Assembly (NCBI GenBank): GCA_965214605.1
Contig: OZ243961.1
Span: 1,728,001-1,792,000 of the forward strand
Direction of reading: 5' to 3'
From: an uncultured Candidatus Binatia bacterium
Lineage (GTDB): Bacteria > Desulfobacterota > Binatia > Bin18
DNA length: 64,000 nt
Shown: one piece after another, positions 51,655 to 62,360 of the stretch
Numbering within the stretch: position 1 is the first letter of the stretch
Layout of the letters: each line of letters starts with the position of its first letter
Translations under genes and position numbers: made by a program
The notes under the pieces: generated by a model
The model's database searches: none
Told to the model about the DNA's origin: nothing
What the model saw: only the letters and a program-made list of their open reading frames with translations

Positions 51655-53004
51655 ATGACCGAAGTCTCAGCCAGCTATCGCTGGCTTCGTCGTTGGCAGT
51701 ACGCCCTGAACCTGTTCCTTATCCTGGTCGTCCTGGGAATGGGTATCTTTTTCTACCGCCGGGCACTGCTTTTCACCGTTTTTGTTCCAATTGGCTTTGT
51801 TCCGTTTTCGTATGCTCGGCTCCGGCTGCATCGGGCAACTGAGCGGCTGCTCCAGGGTGCGTCGCCGGGCCGGCCGATGTCCCTGCTCCATGTGGGCTTT
51901 GGTCTGGTGTGCGATATCATTCTGGCCGTCCAGTTTCTGACCGCCCGTTGGAGCGACGACCTGCCAGTGCTCCACGCGCCCGGGGTGTCTTGGGTCGGAG
52001 CGATTTGGTACAGCGCCTATATCCTGCTGTTTTTCGGCTATATGGGCCTGGACGTATGGATGTTTGGCCTGCGCTCTCTGAAGCGTCTGTTTCGCGCCGT
52101 CGAGCCCGTTCCCGACAGCCTGTTTTCACCCGACCGCCGTCGGTTTCTTCACCAAGCAGGTCTGCTGGGAGCCGCCACACCCTTCGCGTTCTCCGCGTCA
52201 GGGATGAAAACCTCGTACGACTTTCAGGTCGAAGAGCGGGAACTTGTTCTGCCCCACTGGCCGCCGGAATTGGACGGCCTACGCGTTGCGCATCTCTCCG
52301 ACATCCATGTCGGCGGGTACATGAATCGCCGCCGTTTGCTGCATATGGCCGCGCTGACCAATAGCGCCAAAGCCGATGTGGTGCTCCATACCGGCGATTT
52401 TTTGACCCACCGGACCGGTGACTTTGATACGCCCTTATACGAAGCCCTGGCTCAGATTCAGACTCCCTATGGACAGTGGGCCTGCCTGGGTAACCACGAT
52501 TTTGATAACCCGACCCGCCTCGTCTCCCTGCTCCAACAGGCTGGGGTAACCACTTTACGCAATGAGCAGGTCAACCTAGCAATCGACGGACACCGCCTGG
52601 AAGTCGTGGGCCTAGATTACTTCCTAGGCATTTCTAGGAGCCCCACTGAGCGGTATGCAAAAATTCTACCCGCCAGGCAGCCTCGGACTCCCCGCATCCT
52701 GCTTAACCACGACCCGCGCGGGTTTGGCCTCCTGCCGGACAACTGCGCGGATTTGGTGCTGTCCGGTCATACCCACGGCGGACATGTCGGCATTCAGCTC
52801 GGTCAGGACACGCTTGTGTCCGTGGTCGGGCTGATCGGCATCCCGGATCAAGGAATTTTTCAGCGGGGAGATATGCGCATGTTTGTCACCCGCTGCGTCG
52901 GTTTTTACGGCTATCCGATGCGTCTGGGGATTGCGCCCGAGATCGCCCTGCTGACGCTTCGCTCACCACAGCCGCCTCGTGCAGCCAAAGAAAGCTCGGC
53001 ATGA
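51655..53004 (+). CDS. Membrane-anchored metallophosphoesterase (YkuE-like)
   Basis: TM helices, RRRFL, then SDIH, TGD, LGNHD and SGHTHGG motifs. Confidence 0.9.
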   Translation: MTEVSASYRWLRRWQYALNLFLILVVLGMGIFFYRRALLFTVFVPIGFVPFSYARLRLHRATERLLQGASPGRPMSLLHVGFGLVCDIILAVQFLTARWSDDLPVLHAPGVSWVGAIWYSAYILLFFGYMGLDVWMFGLRSLKRLFRAVEPVPDSLFSPDRRRFLHQAGLLGAATPFAFSASGMKTSYDFQVEERELVLPHWPPELDGLRVAHLSDIHVGGYMNRRRLLHMAALTNSAKADVVLHTGDFLTHRTGDFDTPLYEALAQIQTPYGQWACLGNHDFDNPTRLVSLLQQAGVTTLRNEQVNLAIDGHRLEVVGLDYFLGISRSPTERYAKILPARQPRTPRILLNHDPRGFGLLPDNCADLVLSGHTHGGHVGIQLGQDTLVSVVGLIGIPDQGIFQRGDMRMFVTRCVGFYGYPMRLGIAPEIALLTLRSPQPPRAAKESSA

Positions 53005-53693
53005 AGCTGCACTCCCTGCACCACGTGCCGTTCGAGGGCTTGGGTAGTATCGCCGCCTGGGTCCAAGCCCGAGGCCATCAGATCAGCACCAGCCAGCTGT
53101 ATGCGGATGCCTCGCTGCCGCCAGTTGACAGCTTTGACGGCTTGATCGTGATGGGAGGACCGATGGGCGTGGACGACGAGCAAGAGTATCCGTGGCTGGT
53201 GGAAGAGAAGCAGTTCATCAAGCGGGCTATCGCGGCCGGCAAGACCGTCCTCGGAGTATGCTTGGGCGCCCAGCTGCTCGCGTGGGCGTTGGGGGCTCGG
53301 GTGTACCGCAATACAGACAAAGAGATCGGCTGGTTTCCGGTTCAGCTCAGCGATGCAGCGACGGACTCCGCCTTCTTTTCCAAGCTGCCGTCGAGTCTGG
53401 AGGTTTTCCACTGGCACGGCGATACGTTCGACCTGCCGGCCGGTGCGATCCACATCGCCCACAGCCGCGCCTGTCAAAACCAAGCCTTTGTGTTCGACGG
53501 GCGGGTCGTGGGTTTACAGTTTCACCTAGAGACAACCCCACACGCGGCGGCCGAGCTCATTGACCACTGTCGGCACGAAATCGTTCCGGCTCGGTTTATC
53601 CAGAGTGCAGAAGAGATGCTGGCCGATGGAGGGAGGTTTATGGAGATCAACGCCGCAATGGAGCAGGTGTTGGCCGGCTTGGAGCGGGAGTAG
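53001..53693 (+). CDS. Type 1 glutamine amidotransferase-like protein
   Basis: MGGPM, GVCLGAQL, WHGD and QFHLE motifs. Confidence 0.92.
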   Translation: MKLHSLHHVPFEGLGSIAAWVQARGHQISTSQLYADASLPPVDSFDGLIVMGGPMGVDDEQEYPWLVEEKQFIKRAIAAGKTVLGVCLGAQLLAWALGARVYRNTDKEIGWFPVQLSDAATDSAFFSKLPSSLEVFHWHGDTFDLPAGAIHIAHSRACQNQAFVFDGRVVGLQFHLETTPHAAAELIDHCRHEIVPARFIQSAEEMLADGGRFMEINAAMEQVLAGLERE

Positions 53694-53740
53694 CTCTCAG
53701 CTGTTCTCCGAAGTCCTCTCCCCGAGGGAGGGAACGAGTG

Positions 53741-54901
53741 CTATATCACTCCGGCCTCTCGCCAGCCCGCAAGGTCTTCAGGCTTATAGCCCAGCAGCCC
53801 ACAGTAGACCTCTTCATTATGATCGCCGGGTTGCGGAATCGTCCCAATAGCCCCAGGTGTATCGGAGTATTTTACGGTCAGACCAGGGACATAGGTCTTG
53901 TCGCCCTGATCCTCAACTTCGACCAACATCTCGCGTTCCCACAAATGCGGGTCTTTGGCCGCTTGGGCAATGGAATGGACCGGCGCAAAGGGCACCTCGG
54001 CCCGCTCAAGGACTGCGCTGACTTCCGCCACTGTTCTCACTTTGACCCACTCGACAACCAACCTGTCAATCTCTTTGATGTGTTTGCTCCGCCCGGCAAT
54101 ACTGGAAAACCGCTCGTCGGTCAGCCAGTCTTCTCGTCCAACGCCCTTACAGAAGCGGCCGAACATATCCTGGGGCACCGCCAAAATATAGATCCAGCCG
54201 TCTTTGGCCTGATAGGCATTGCACGGGGAGATGCCGCCGGGACTGTTGCCGTTTCGCTGGGGTTCTTTGCCGCTCAGCAGGTAGTTGGCAATCGGAATCT
54301 CCATCAGCGTATAGCCCGTATCCAGCAAACACACGTCAAGCGCCTGTCCCCGGCCGGTAACATCCCGGCGGTGTAAGGCTCCGAGTGCGCCAATCGTGGC
54401 GTGCAGAGCGGTAATGCGGTCAATGATAGGCGAGTTGGTCATCACCGGCGGACCGTCGGGAAAGCCGGTAAAGCTCATTAACCCAGACATGGCTTGGCCG
54501 ATCGGGTCATAGGCGGGCCGGTGTTTGTACGGCCCTTCCTGCCCGAAGCCGGACACATTAATCATGATCAGACCCGGATTCAGCCGCTTGAGCGTCTCAT
54601 AGCCCAGCCCCATCGCCGCCATCACTCCCGGTCGGAAGTTCTGGAGCAGCATATCGAACTTGGGCACAAGTTCCTTGATCAGGGCAATCCCTGTTGCGCT
54701 GCGCACGTTGAGCGTGATGCTCTTTTTGCCCCGGTTATAGGCCGACCAGTAGACCTTACCGATGCCGCGGGATTCATCCCCGCCCGGGGCTTCAAGCTTG
54801 ACAACCTCCGCCCCCAAATCTCTCAGAATCATTGCGCAGCGCGGTCCGGCCTGATAGCGTCCCATATCCAAGACTTTGATACCGTCCAAACAGCCCGCCA
54901 T
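53741..54901 (-). CDS. CaiB/BaiF class III CoA-transferase
   Basis: AGP..LRDLGAEVVKLE, NRGKKSITL, NFRPG and SGFGQEGPY..RPAYD motifs. Confidence 0.92.
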   Translation of the reverse strand: MAGCLDGIKVLDMGRYQAGPRCAMILRDLGAEVVKLEAPGGDESRGIGKVYWSAYNRGKKSITLNVRSATGIALIKELVPKFDMLLQNFRPGVMAAMGLGYETLKRLNPGLIMINVSGFGQEGPYKHRPAYDPIGQAMSGLMSFTGFPDGPPVMTNSPIIDRITALHATIGALGALHRRDVTGRGQALDVCLLDTGYTLMEIPIANYLLSGKEPQRNGNSPGGISPCNAYQAKDGWIYILAVPQDMFGRFCKGVGREDWLTDERFSSIAGRSKHIKEIDRLVVEWVKVRTVAEVSAVLERAEVPFAPVHSIAQAAKDPHLWEREMLVEVEDQGDKTYVPGLTVKYSDTPGAIGTIPQPGDHNEEVYCGLLGYKPEDLAGWREAGVI

Positions 54902-54974
54902 AGTCTTCCCTCCTTAATTGCCGGCTCTCTTCTTGGCCAAGACAACAGCCGACCTCTTCCTGATGAGATGGTCC

Positions 54975-55655
54975 TCATCTTTTAAATCCTAGTCGCGCCA
55001 GCGCTTGTCGTGTTCTGGGTACATCATCCAGTCCGTCGGCCTGTTCTTGTGTATCACGCACCAGCTGGGGCAAATCCTCCGGCCTATCAACATCGTACCA
55101 AGACGGGACCAAGGCCACGGCGTAGCCGTGCTTCCGTGCCTGTTCCAGGGTCTGCTGTAACACTTGTGGTGTACTCCATGCAATGTTTTCAAACAGCGGG
55201 CGGTGCACCTGTCGGGCGCCAACCAGATAGTAGCCGCCGTCACGGCTGGGGCCGAATACCGCGTCACAAGTTGGGTCTTTGAGCCGCACGAAAGCCTCTT
55301 GAACGTGCGCCACGGGCAAGGTCGGCACATCGCTGCCGATGATAAGGGCGCGCGAAAAGCCGGCCTTCAGCATATCGCTCAGCACATTGATCTGGCGCTC
55401 GCCAAGAGAGGCACCGCGTTGGGGTCGATATCGGACCGGGAAGGGAATCAAGGATCGAAAGAGGGGTTCGCTGTCGGCCGGCGTAATGGCTACGAACACC
55501 TCAACCGCTTCCAGCCGACACATCCGCTCAACGGTATCGAGTAAAAAACACCGAAATAAGTCGGCCGCATATTCGGGGGTCAGGGGCGGGCACAGACGGG
55601 TTTTAACCTGACCGGCGATCGGCGCTTTGGCAAAAATAGCAAGGGCGTTCGACAT
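54975..55655 (-). CDS. DUF2064/TIGR04282-type glycosyltransferase-like protein
   Basis: FAKAP..GQVKTRL, Q.G.SLGER, IGSD.P, GPS.DGGYYL, WST..V and WYDVD...DL motifs. Confidence 0.88.
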   Translation of the reverse strand: MSNALAIFAKAPIAGQVKTRLCPPLTPEYAADLFRCFLLDTVERMCRLEAVEVFVAITPADSEPLFRSLIPFPVRYRPQRGASLGERQINVLSDMLKAGFSRALIIGSDVPTLPVAHVQEAFVRLKDPTCDAVFGPSRDGGYYLVGARQVHRPLFENIAWSTPQVLQQTLEQARKHGYAVALVPSWYDVDRPEDLPQLVRDTQEQADGLDDVPRTRQALARLGFKR

Positions 55656-55753
55656 CGAGTGGTCCTTGAAGTGGACGATGCTCTTATCTTACTAAGGGGG
55701 TTGTAATCGTCCACTTTTGTAGCGGCTCCGCCCGGCCCGACGCAACTCTTCGC

Positions 55754-55782
55754 TTGACACGCTCACATTCCCTCAGTATCGT
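55754..55782 (+). promoter_or_regulatory. Sigma70-type promoter
   Basis: TTGACA-17 nt-TATCGT, 9 nt upstream of the NUDIX ATG. Confidence 0.65.
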
Positions 55783-55791
55783 GCCGCCCGC

Positions 55792-56295
55792 ATGGCGGTC
55801 GTGGACGAAATCGTTGGCATTGTAGACGAGCACAACAGGGTGGTTGGCGCTGTCCCGCGCAGTGAAATGCGAGCCAAGCGTCTGCCGCACCGCAGCACCT
55901 ACATCCTAGTGTTTAATTCTCAAGGGCAGCTGTACATCCAAAAGCGGACGATGACCAAGGATGTCTTTCCGGGCTATTACGACCTGGCCACAGGCGGAGT
56001 CGTTCTAGCCGGCGAAAGCTACGAACAGGGGGCTGTCCGCGAACTGGAAGAGGAGCTGGGTATTCAGGGGGTGCCTCTGACCAAGCTGTTTGAGTTTTCC
56101 TTTGAGGACGAGAACAATCATGTCTGGGGCGCCGCCTTCACCTGTGTCTACGACGGACCACTACGCCTACAGGAAGAAGAGGTCGAAAGCATCATCCTGC
56201 TAACGCCGCACGACGCCCTGCGTCACGCCCGGACCGAACCCTATACGCCCGACGGAATATATGTCCTGCGCCGCTACCTCGGCTCGGTCGCATAG
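55792..56295 (+). CDS. NUDIX hydrolase (YfcD/IDI-like)
   Basis: IVDEHN, HRSTYILVFNS, QKRT..KD..PG and GGVVLAGESYEQGAVRELEEELGI Nudix box. Confidence 0.9.
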   Translation: MAVVDEIVGIVDEHNRVVGAVPRSEMRAKRLPHRSTYILVFNSQGQLYIQKRTMTKDVFPGYYDLATGGVVLAGESYEQGAVRELEEELGIQGVPLTKLFEFSFEDENNHVWGAAFTCVYDGPLRLQEEEVESIILLTPHDALRHARTEPYTPDGIYVLRRYLGSVA

Positions 56296-56309
56296 CAATG
56301 TGCCTGGAA

Positions 56310-57199
56310 CCTCATACTTCATCCAGCATGTTCCGTTCCGCGACTTGCGTTTGGTACGGCTCGGCGCAGAGGGGACCGAAGTGCGGTCTCTACCAGCGAG
56401 CTTCTCCGCCTCGATTCCGTCGCTTGATGGCCTTGAGGCGGTCGTGGACAGGTCTGCATTGCTGAGCTACGAACGAGCTTCAGAGACGCTAACCGTCCGC
56501 GGCACCCTCGACGAGAAGAATTTCCGCGCTCTGCTCACCTGTTGCGGGGCGGACGAGTATCGCGCCGAGCTTGAGAAACGGCTACGCGACTTACGGGACC
56601 GTTCTTCTCTGTACATCGACGACAACGAATTGTAGGCATTGGAAACCCATTCCCGGCGCATGCGCGGGGAGATTTTCTTCGCGGAGCGCTGGATCGTCGA
56701 AGGGCAGGCCGATTATTTGATCCTGCACGCCCTGGCGCAGACCATGGACTACAATCTCGACCAGCATGGCGTCGCCGTCATCGACGCGCAGAACAATGGC
56801 AACCCGGCCACCTTCGCCGCGCTGGCGCGGGCGTTGGATATTCCGTGGCTAGCAGTGTTCGACGGCGACGAAGCCGGACAGGGGTTTGTGCAGGCAATTG
56901 CCAAGCGCGGATTTAGCGAAGAAGAGTTGAAAAAACGCTGTCGCAAACATCCCGCCGGTGATTTGGAGGCGCAGCTTGTTGCCGACGGGCTCGGGCCGGA
57001 ACTGCGGGAAGTGTTGGCGGCCTTGGACATTCAGGACACGGATAGGCTGAACAACAAAGACCTCGTCGAGCGCTTGCGCAAAAGAAAGACCGCCTATGCG
57101 GCGGAGTTTGCGACCCGTGTTCGTCGAGACGCGGACTTGGCGCAACCTGCTCCTGAGGCGTTTCGCGCCGCTATCGAGCAACTGCGGGGTCTGACCTGA
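56310..57199 (+). pseudogene. OLD-family/GajA-like nuclease remnant (ATPase lost, internal TAG at 56633-56635, TOPRIM retained)
   Basis: RGEIFFAERWIVEGQAD and FDGDEAG TOPRIM motifs in frame with the upstream fragment across one TAG; translationally coupled to a UvrD gene. Confidence 0.75.
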
Positions 57200-59136
57200 T
57201 GGCTACCCAGCTCGAAACCACTCTGGGCGAACTGTCGGGCATTCAACGCAAGGCCGTCGAGTGGGACGATGGCGCGTTGCTCGTGCTGGCCGGTCCCGGT
57301 TCCGGCAAGACCCGCGTGCTGACTTGCCGGGTCGCCCAACTCCTGGATCGATCGCGGGACGAGCGTTTCCGTGTGCTCGCGCTGACGTTCACGAACAAGG
57401 CTGCCCACGAGATGGCGAGACAGGTGACCGCCATTGCACTCGGGCTCGAGGAGCGTGCCGACATCCTCACCTTCCACAGTTTCTGTGCACAGGTGCTGCG
57501 CCAACATGGCGTGCATCTCGGAATTAAGCCTGACTTCACGATCTACTCACTGACATCCGACCGACAAGCCGTGTTGGACGATGCGATCGGGCGCGAACCA
57601 CAGTATTTCGACCGCGACGATCGCCGTCTCTTGCCCAGAATCGACGCCCTCAAGGCCCGGCTTGTCTGCCCGAAACAGGCTGAAGAGCGAGGCGCCGAAG
57701 CGGACGGCGCGTCGTCCGAGGAAACCTGCCGTTTGGCTCGCGCCTACCGGCTGTACGAGGACGAATTGCGCCGCGCCAACGCCCTGGATTTCAACTCGCT
57801 TATCTTCGAGGCCTACCGCCTCTTTGGATACCCGGCAATGGCCCGGCATTATCGGACCGTCTACCGATACTGGCTGATCGACGAGTTCCAGGATACCAAC
57901 GAGGCCCAATACAAGCTTCTTCTGCGCATGGCAGGCGAAGAGTTCCGCCAGATCTTCGCGGTGGCCGACGACGATCAGACGATCTACGAATGGAACGGTG
58001 CCAACGTCCAGCGGATCAGTACCCTGGTCAAGGACTTCGATTGCGAAGTCATGCAACTGCCGACCAACTTCCGCTGCCCGCCGAGCATCGTCGAGGCCGC
58101 GAATCGCCTCGTCGTATACAATGCCCGGCGCGCCGACGGGAAGCGCCCTGCCGAGCCGGCGCAGCGCAGTCGTTCCCGCGCCAACTATCCGATTCAGTGC
58201 CGCGTGTTCGACACCGATCAGACCGAGGCAGCCGAGATCGCGGCCGACATCGCCGGTCTGGATGTCGACGAGCACGGCCGAACGTTGGTGCTGGCCAGGA
58301 CTCGCGTGTTGCTGGAGTCCATGCGCGACGCCTTGCGGGCTGAAGGGGTGCTTGCGACTATTTTGATGCGCCGCGATGATTTCGTATCCCCCGAGATCCG
58401 GTGGCTGGTTGCCTGCCTGAAGCAGATCAGCCGACCGCTCGACCGGCGCAACCTGGCAGCGCTGGTCGAGGCGTTCGGCAGCTTTGCGGCGCGGCCAGTG
58501 GATTTTGACGACCTGCTGTCTCGCTCGGCGGCGGAGGGCGTTACGTACCTTTCGGCCTGGGTAGATGCTGTGCGAGCGGCCCAGCCTGCGCCTGTCGCCG
58601 ACATCGTCGAGAGGGTTGCCGACTTGGTTGCCGGAAACGTGAAATGGGTGCCCGCGATTCAGCCGATCCTCGAATACTTCAAAAATGGCGAACCCCACGA
58701 CGACCTCAAGGACGATCTGAGCGCCTGGGACAGACTGTGGGGCGAGATCAGCGTGGCGGGCAGAACCACCACACTCAAGCAGTTCCTTCAGGAGTTGGCG
58801 CTGCGCCCCAAGGAACCCGTTCCCGCTGCGGGAGCGGTGTCTCTGGCGACCATCCACGGCGCCAAGGGTCTGGAATTCGACACCGTTTACCTCATCGGCC
58901 TTGCCGAGGAGATCCTGCCCTCCTGGCATAGTGTGAGACAGGGAAACGGCAGCGCCACACTGGAGGAGGAACGCCGCGGCTGCTTCGTCGCCATCACCCG
59001 CACGAAGAAGCGCCTGATTCTGTCGTGGGCGCGGAAATACAAGGGATTTCAGAAACAGCCGTCCCGCTTTCTTGAGGAAATGGGCCTGTTGAGTGGCTTC
59101 CCCGCCCCGGCATTGCAAGGAGAGAAGCCATTTTGA
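57199..59136 (+). CDS. UvrD-like helicase (GajB-like partner)
   Basis: AGPGSGKT, LTFTNKAA, DEFQDTN, VADDDQTIY, NFRCP, TIHGAKGLEF and EERR..FVAITR motifs. Confidence 0.88.
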   Translation: MATQLETTLGELSGIQRKAVEWDDGALLVLAGPGSGKTRVLTCRVAQLLDRSRDERFRVLALTFTNKAAHEMARQVTAIALGLEERADILTFHSFCAQVLRQHGVHLGIKPDFTIYSLTSDRQAVLDDAIGREPQYFDRDDRRLLPRIDALKARLVCPKQAEERGAEADGASSEETCRLARAYRLYEDELRRANALDFNSLIFEAYRLFGYPAMARHYRTVYRYWLIDEFQDTNEAQYKLLLRMAGEEFRQIFAVADDDQTIYEWNGANVQRISTLVKDFDCEVMQLPTNFRCPPSIVEAANRLVVYNARRADGKRPAEPAQRSRSRANYPIQCRVFDTDQTEAAEIAADIAGLDVDEHGRTLVLARTRVLLESMRDALRAEGVLATILMRRDDFVSPEIRWLVACLKQISRPLDRRNLAALVEAFGSFAARPVDFDDLLSRSAAEGVTYLSAWVDAVRAAQPAPVADIVERVADLVAGNVKWVPAIQPILEYFKNGEPHDDLKDDLSAWDRLWGEISVAGRTTTLKQFLQELALRPKEPVPAAGAVSLATIHGAKGLEFDTVYLIGLAEEILPSWHSVRQGNGSATLEEERRGCFVAITRTKKRLILSWARKYKGFQKQPSRFLEEMGLLSGFPAPALQGEKPF

Positions 59137-59440
59137 CGGTCGACGACCGCCGCCAGATCGAGGACTACCTGCCGTTGGATGTGCTGAATGCCATCGCGTC
59201 GAAGGAGAAGAAGCATCCGCGGCGCTACGTGGAGCTGGGTCCACTACTGGCCAGCGCGCCGCCCGATCACCGCGTGCCGGGCCGCCATCTACGCGGCACT
59301 GGCGTCGGCACCGCGCACCGGTGCCGAACGTGAGAAAGCCGCATCCTTCGTCGCCAAGCTCGCCCCCTACGCGCCCGATAGCGCGACGGTCTCCGAGGCG
59401 CGCGAACACATTGAGAAGCTGCACGCCGGACGAACGCCCA
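59133..59440 (+). pseudogene. DUF1156 adenine methyltransferase N-terminal fragment
   Basis: RRQIEDYLPL...ASKEK then, after a frameshift, VHYWPARRPITACRAAIYAAL; truncated. Confidence 0.7.
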
Positions 59441-59442
59441 AG

Positions 59443-60211
59443 GGATCCGACGCGCTTCGAGTGCGTTTGCATTGTTCAGGACTTGAGTATCGAACACGAA
59501 TCGGATGATCTGCCGGATGAGAAACAGGGGACGAAAGTTCTCACCGAGGTACTTGATACCACTCCAGACAGTCTGTTCCCGCTTCAAGGTGCGCTCGGTT
59601 ACGAGATTCACCAGACGCTGTTCATAGGCCCGAACTGCTTGGTCGTCGAGGGCACGTCGGACCTGCTGTACCTCCAGGCCATGTCGGCTCTTCTTGAAGA
59701 AGAGGGTAGGACCGGTCTCAGTACCAACTGGACGATTACTCCTGTGGGCGGTGCCGGAAGGGTGCCAACCTTTGTGGCGCTGATTGGTTCGCAAACTCAC
59801 CTGAATGTGGCGGTACTTGTTGATTCGCACGAATGTGATCGGCAGCAAATCGAGAGCCTCTACAAGAGGAAGCTGCTGAAGAAGCAGAAGGCGCTGACCT
59901 ATGTGGATTTCATCCAGGGCGACGAAGCCGATGCTGAGGACTTGTTCAGAGCTGACTTCTACCTGCGCTTGGTGAACGGCGAATTTGGATGCAAGATCCA
60001 GCCTGCTGATTTATGCAGCGGACACCCTCGTATTCTCCGTCGTGTCGAAGAATACCTGACGGAAAATCCGCTTCCGCAGGAAGCACGCTTCAATCACTAC
60101 CGTCCGGCTCGCTACTTCAGCTCGAACATCGAGTCACTCGCAAAGCACTTGAGGGATGAGGAGCTTGTTCGCTTTGAAGAGGTCTTCCGTGCGGTCAACG
60201 CGCTCTTGTAG
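59443..60211 (+). pseudogene. C-terminal fragment of an AAA/OLD-like TOPRIM protein
   Basis: SLFPLQGALGY...LVVEGTSDLLYL...ITPVGGA...VLVD; no start codon or ATPase part. Confidence 0.7.
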
Positions 60212-60270
60212 CGGGAGACTCCGCTCGCGACCGGGCATCGTGAGACAATGCTTGCGATAAGGGTGCGCCA

Positions 60271-61628
60271 ATGACCTTCGACCAAGTCACGGCCTTGGTG
60301 GCCTCGATCGGCGAGTCCGAAACCCTGGAGTTCAGGGCCACGACCGGAACGCGGCGTGAGGCCGCCGCGACTGTGTGCGCCTTGCTCAACCCAGCGCGGT
60401 GGACATGTTCTGTCCGGGGTGACGCCGGACGGCAGTGTCGTGGGTCAAGCGGGTCAGCGAGCGGACGGTTGAGCAGGTGAGCGCTGAAATCCGACGGATC
60501 GATCCACCCGCGTTTCCGGAGATCGAACGGATTCATATTTCGGGGGATTTGGAAGTGATTGCGGTTCGGGTGAGTCCTGGCGCGTCACCCCCGTATCAGT
60601 ACCGGGGCGCCTCCTACCGGCGTGTCGACAACACGACGCAGGCGATGTCCGCCGAAGAATACAATCGCATGCTCTTCGAGCGCATGTATAACGAGCGACC
60701 TTGGGAGAACCAGCCTGCCGACGGGTGGACAGTGGACGACCTGGACCTCGCGGAGATTCGAAACACGGTTGCGGAAGCCGTCCGGATCGGCCGGCTCAAC
60801 CAACCCAGCAGGATCCAGGGGACTTGCTTCGCGGGTTGGGGCTGCTCCGCGACGGTATCCTGTTTCGGGCCGCCGCAGTGCTGTTCGGGAACGCGGAGCA
60901 CCTCGAAAGCGAAATGCCGCAGTGCCTGCTCCGCGTCGTGCGCTTCCGGGGCCTTGACCGCTCGGAGTTCCTCGACAACCGACACGCCTTTACCCTCCTT
61001 GCGAGCGCTGTGCGCTTTTTGCACGACACGCTCCCCATCGCCAGCCGCTTCGAGTCGAGCCGCATGGCGCGCATCGACGAGCCGCTCTACCCGCCCCTCT
61101 GGCTACGCGGGAGGCGCCGGCGAACGCGTTCTGCCGCCGAGACTATGCTATGGGCGGCGGCTCCGTTGGGCTTGCGGTCTACGACGACCGACTGGAGGTG
61201 ACCTCGACCGGCCCGCTGCACTTCGGGCTGACTCCGGGCAATCTCTTCGGGCCATACGAGTCCCGACGAACCCTCTCATCGCCTACACGTTCTATCGGCG
61301 CGGCATCATCGAGGAATGGGGCCCGGGGACGATCAGAATGGCGGACCTAGCGACCTCGGCGGGGCTGCCCCGTCCCGAGATCGAGGAACGCGGCGACTGC
61401 GTGACGGCGCGCTTCCGGCGCGCCGCCTCAACTAGACGACGGCAAACTGACGAAACAACAGATGACAATCTTGACACTTCTTCATCGGTCCGACGGTGCC
61501 TTGGCGTTTCGGGATATCCGTGCTGTTCTGGAGTCGCAGGCGAACGAGCGGCGATTGCGGGAAGACCTCGCTATTCTCAAGGCGGAGACCACTGGGTTGG
61601 CCGGGGAGCACGCTGGAAACCCCTGTAG
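60271..61628 (+). pseudogene. AlbA_2/Schlafen + HATPase_c_4 + HTH protein, multiply frameshifted
   Basis: GESETLEF...TVCALLN; RAAAVLFG; DDRLEVTSTG.L; NPLIA..FYRRGIIEEWG.G; RRLREDL spread over several frames. Confidence 0.75.
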
Positions 61629-61640
61629 AATATGGCGTTG

Positions 61641-61670
61641 GCTGATTCCGGCTGATTCCGGCCCATTCCG
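61641..61670 (+). repeat. Three tandem 10-mers
   Basis: GCTGATTCCG GCTGATTCCG GCCCATTCCG. Confidence 0.6.
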
Positions 61671-61949
61671 GAAACCCGCGGGCGACGTTGCACTACAGCG
61701 GGCACCCACGCGTGCGGAGAGGACGCTGCCGACAGATCTATTCACAATCCGAGATCCATGTCTCTGACCTGACCGCACTCGCGCATCGGTGACTCCTGCT
61801 CCTTCGCTGGCTGCGGGAAGCCTGTTCGGCCCTTTTCGCTGCCCGGCCCGGTCCTTTGAGCCGGCTGGCGGTCGCCGCCTTGCAGAGCATTTTTCGCCTT
61901 ACCCTCCATCTCCGCGTCGGGAGCATGGTGCGCGCCCATGTCGCGTGAT

Positions 61950-62360
61950 TCTTTCACGAGTACAGACGCAGAATGCCGGGCGGCGCGAATCGAAGTCATG
62001 ACATACTGCGCAACATGTTCGACTGTACCATCGCATGGGGCCATCGGCCCGAAGCCGCCGGGAATCCTTGCACCGGCATCGTCCGCTATCGAAGACCGCC
62101 GCGCGGTCGGCTGCTCGGCGCAGACGACTTGGCGAAGCCCGGCGCGGTCCTTCGGCAGCGCGAAGACGAGAATCTGGTATGCGTCGCGGCGGTGCGTCTG
62201 CTCCTGCTGACCGGGTGCAGCCGGGCGAGATACGCCGCCTGCGCTGGTGCGGGGTCAAGCCGGCCCGGCTCGCCCTGATTGACGCGAAGACGGGACCGAG
62301 GCACGTTCTGCTCGGCGAGGCGGGCGCGGGAGCTGCTGCGTGGCCTCGTCAAAGCAGCGT
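61950..62360 (+). pseudogene. Tyrosine recombinase/integrase remnant
   Basis: PGGANR..ILR.MF..A..WG..GNPC.GI, RLLLLTGC, frameshift, GEIRRLRW...DAKTGPRHV.L. Confidence 0.8.

Noticed and set aside
54975-55655. Arsenosugar biosynthesis cluster
   Set aside because: Only the DUF2064 gene is present; no arsM or radical SAM partner nearby.
56633-56635. In-frame TAG as pyrrolysine or programmed readthrough
   Set aside because: The gene also lacks its 5' ATPase half and neighbours are pseudogenes; a nonsense mutation is simpler.
57547-59472. 641-aa minus-strand ORF
   Set aside because: Antisense shadow of the UvrD helicase in GC-rich DNA; no motifs.
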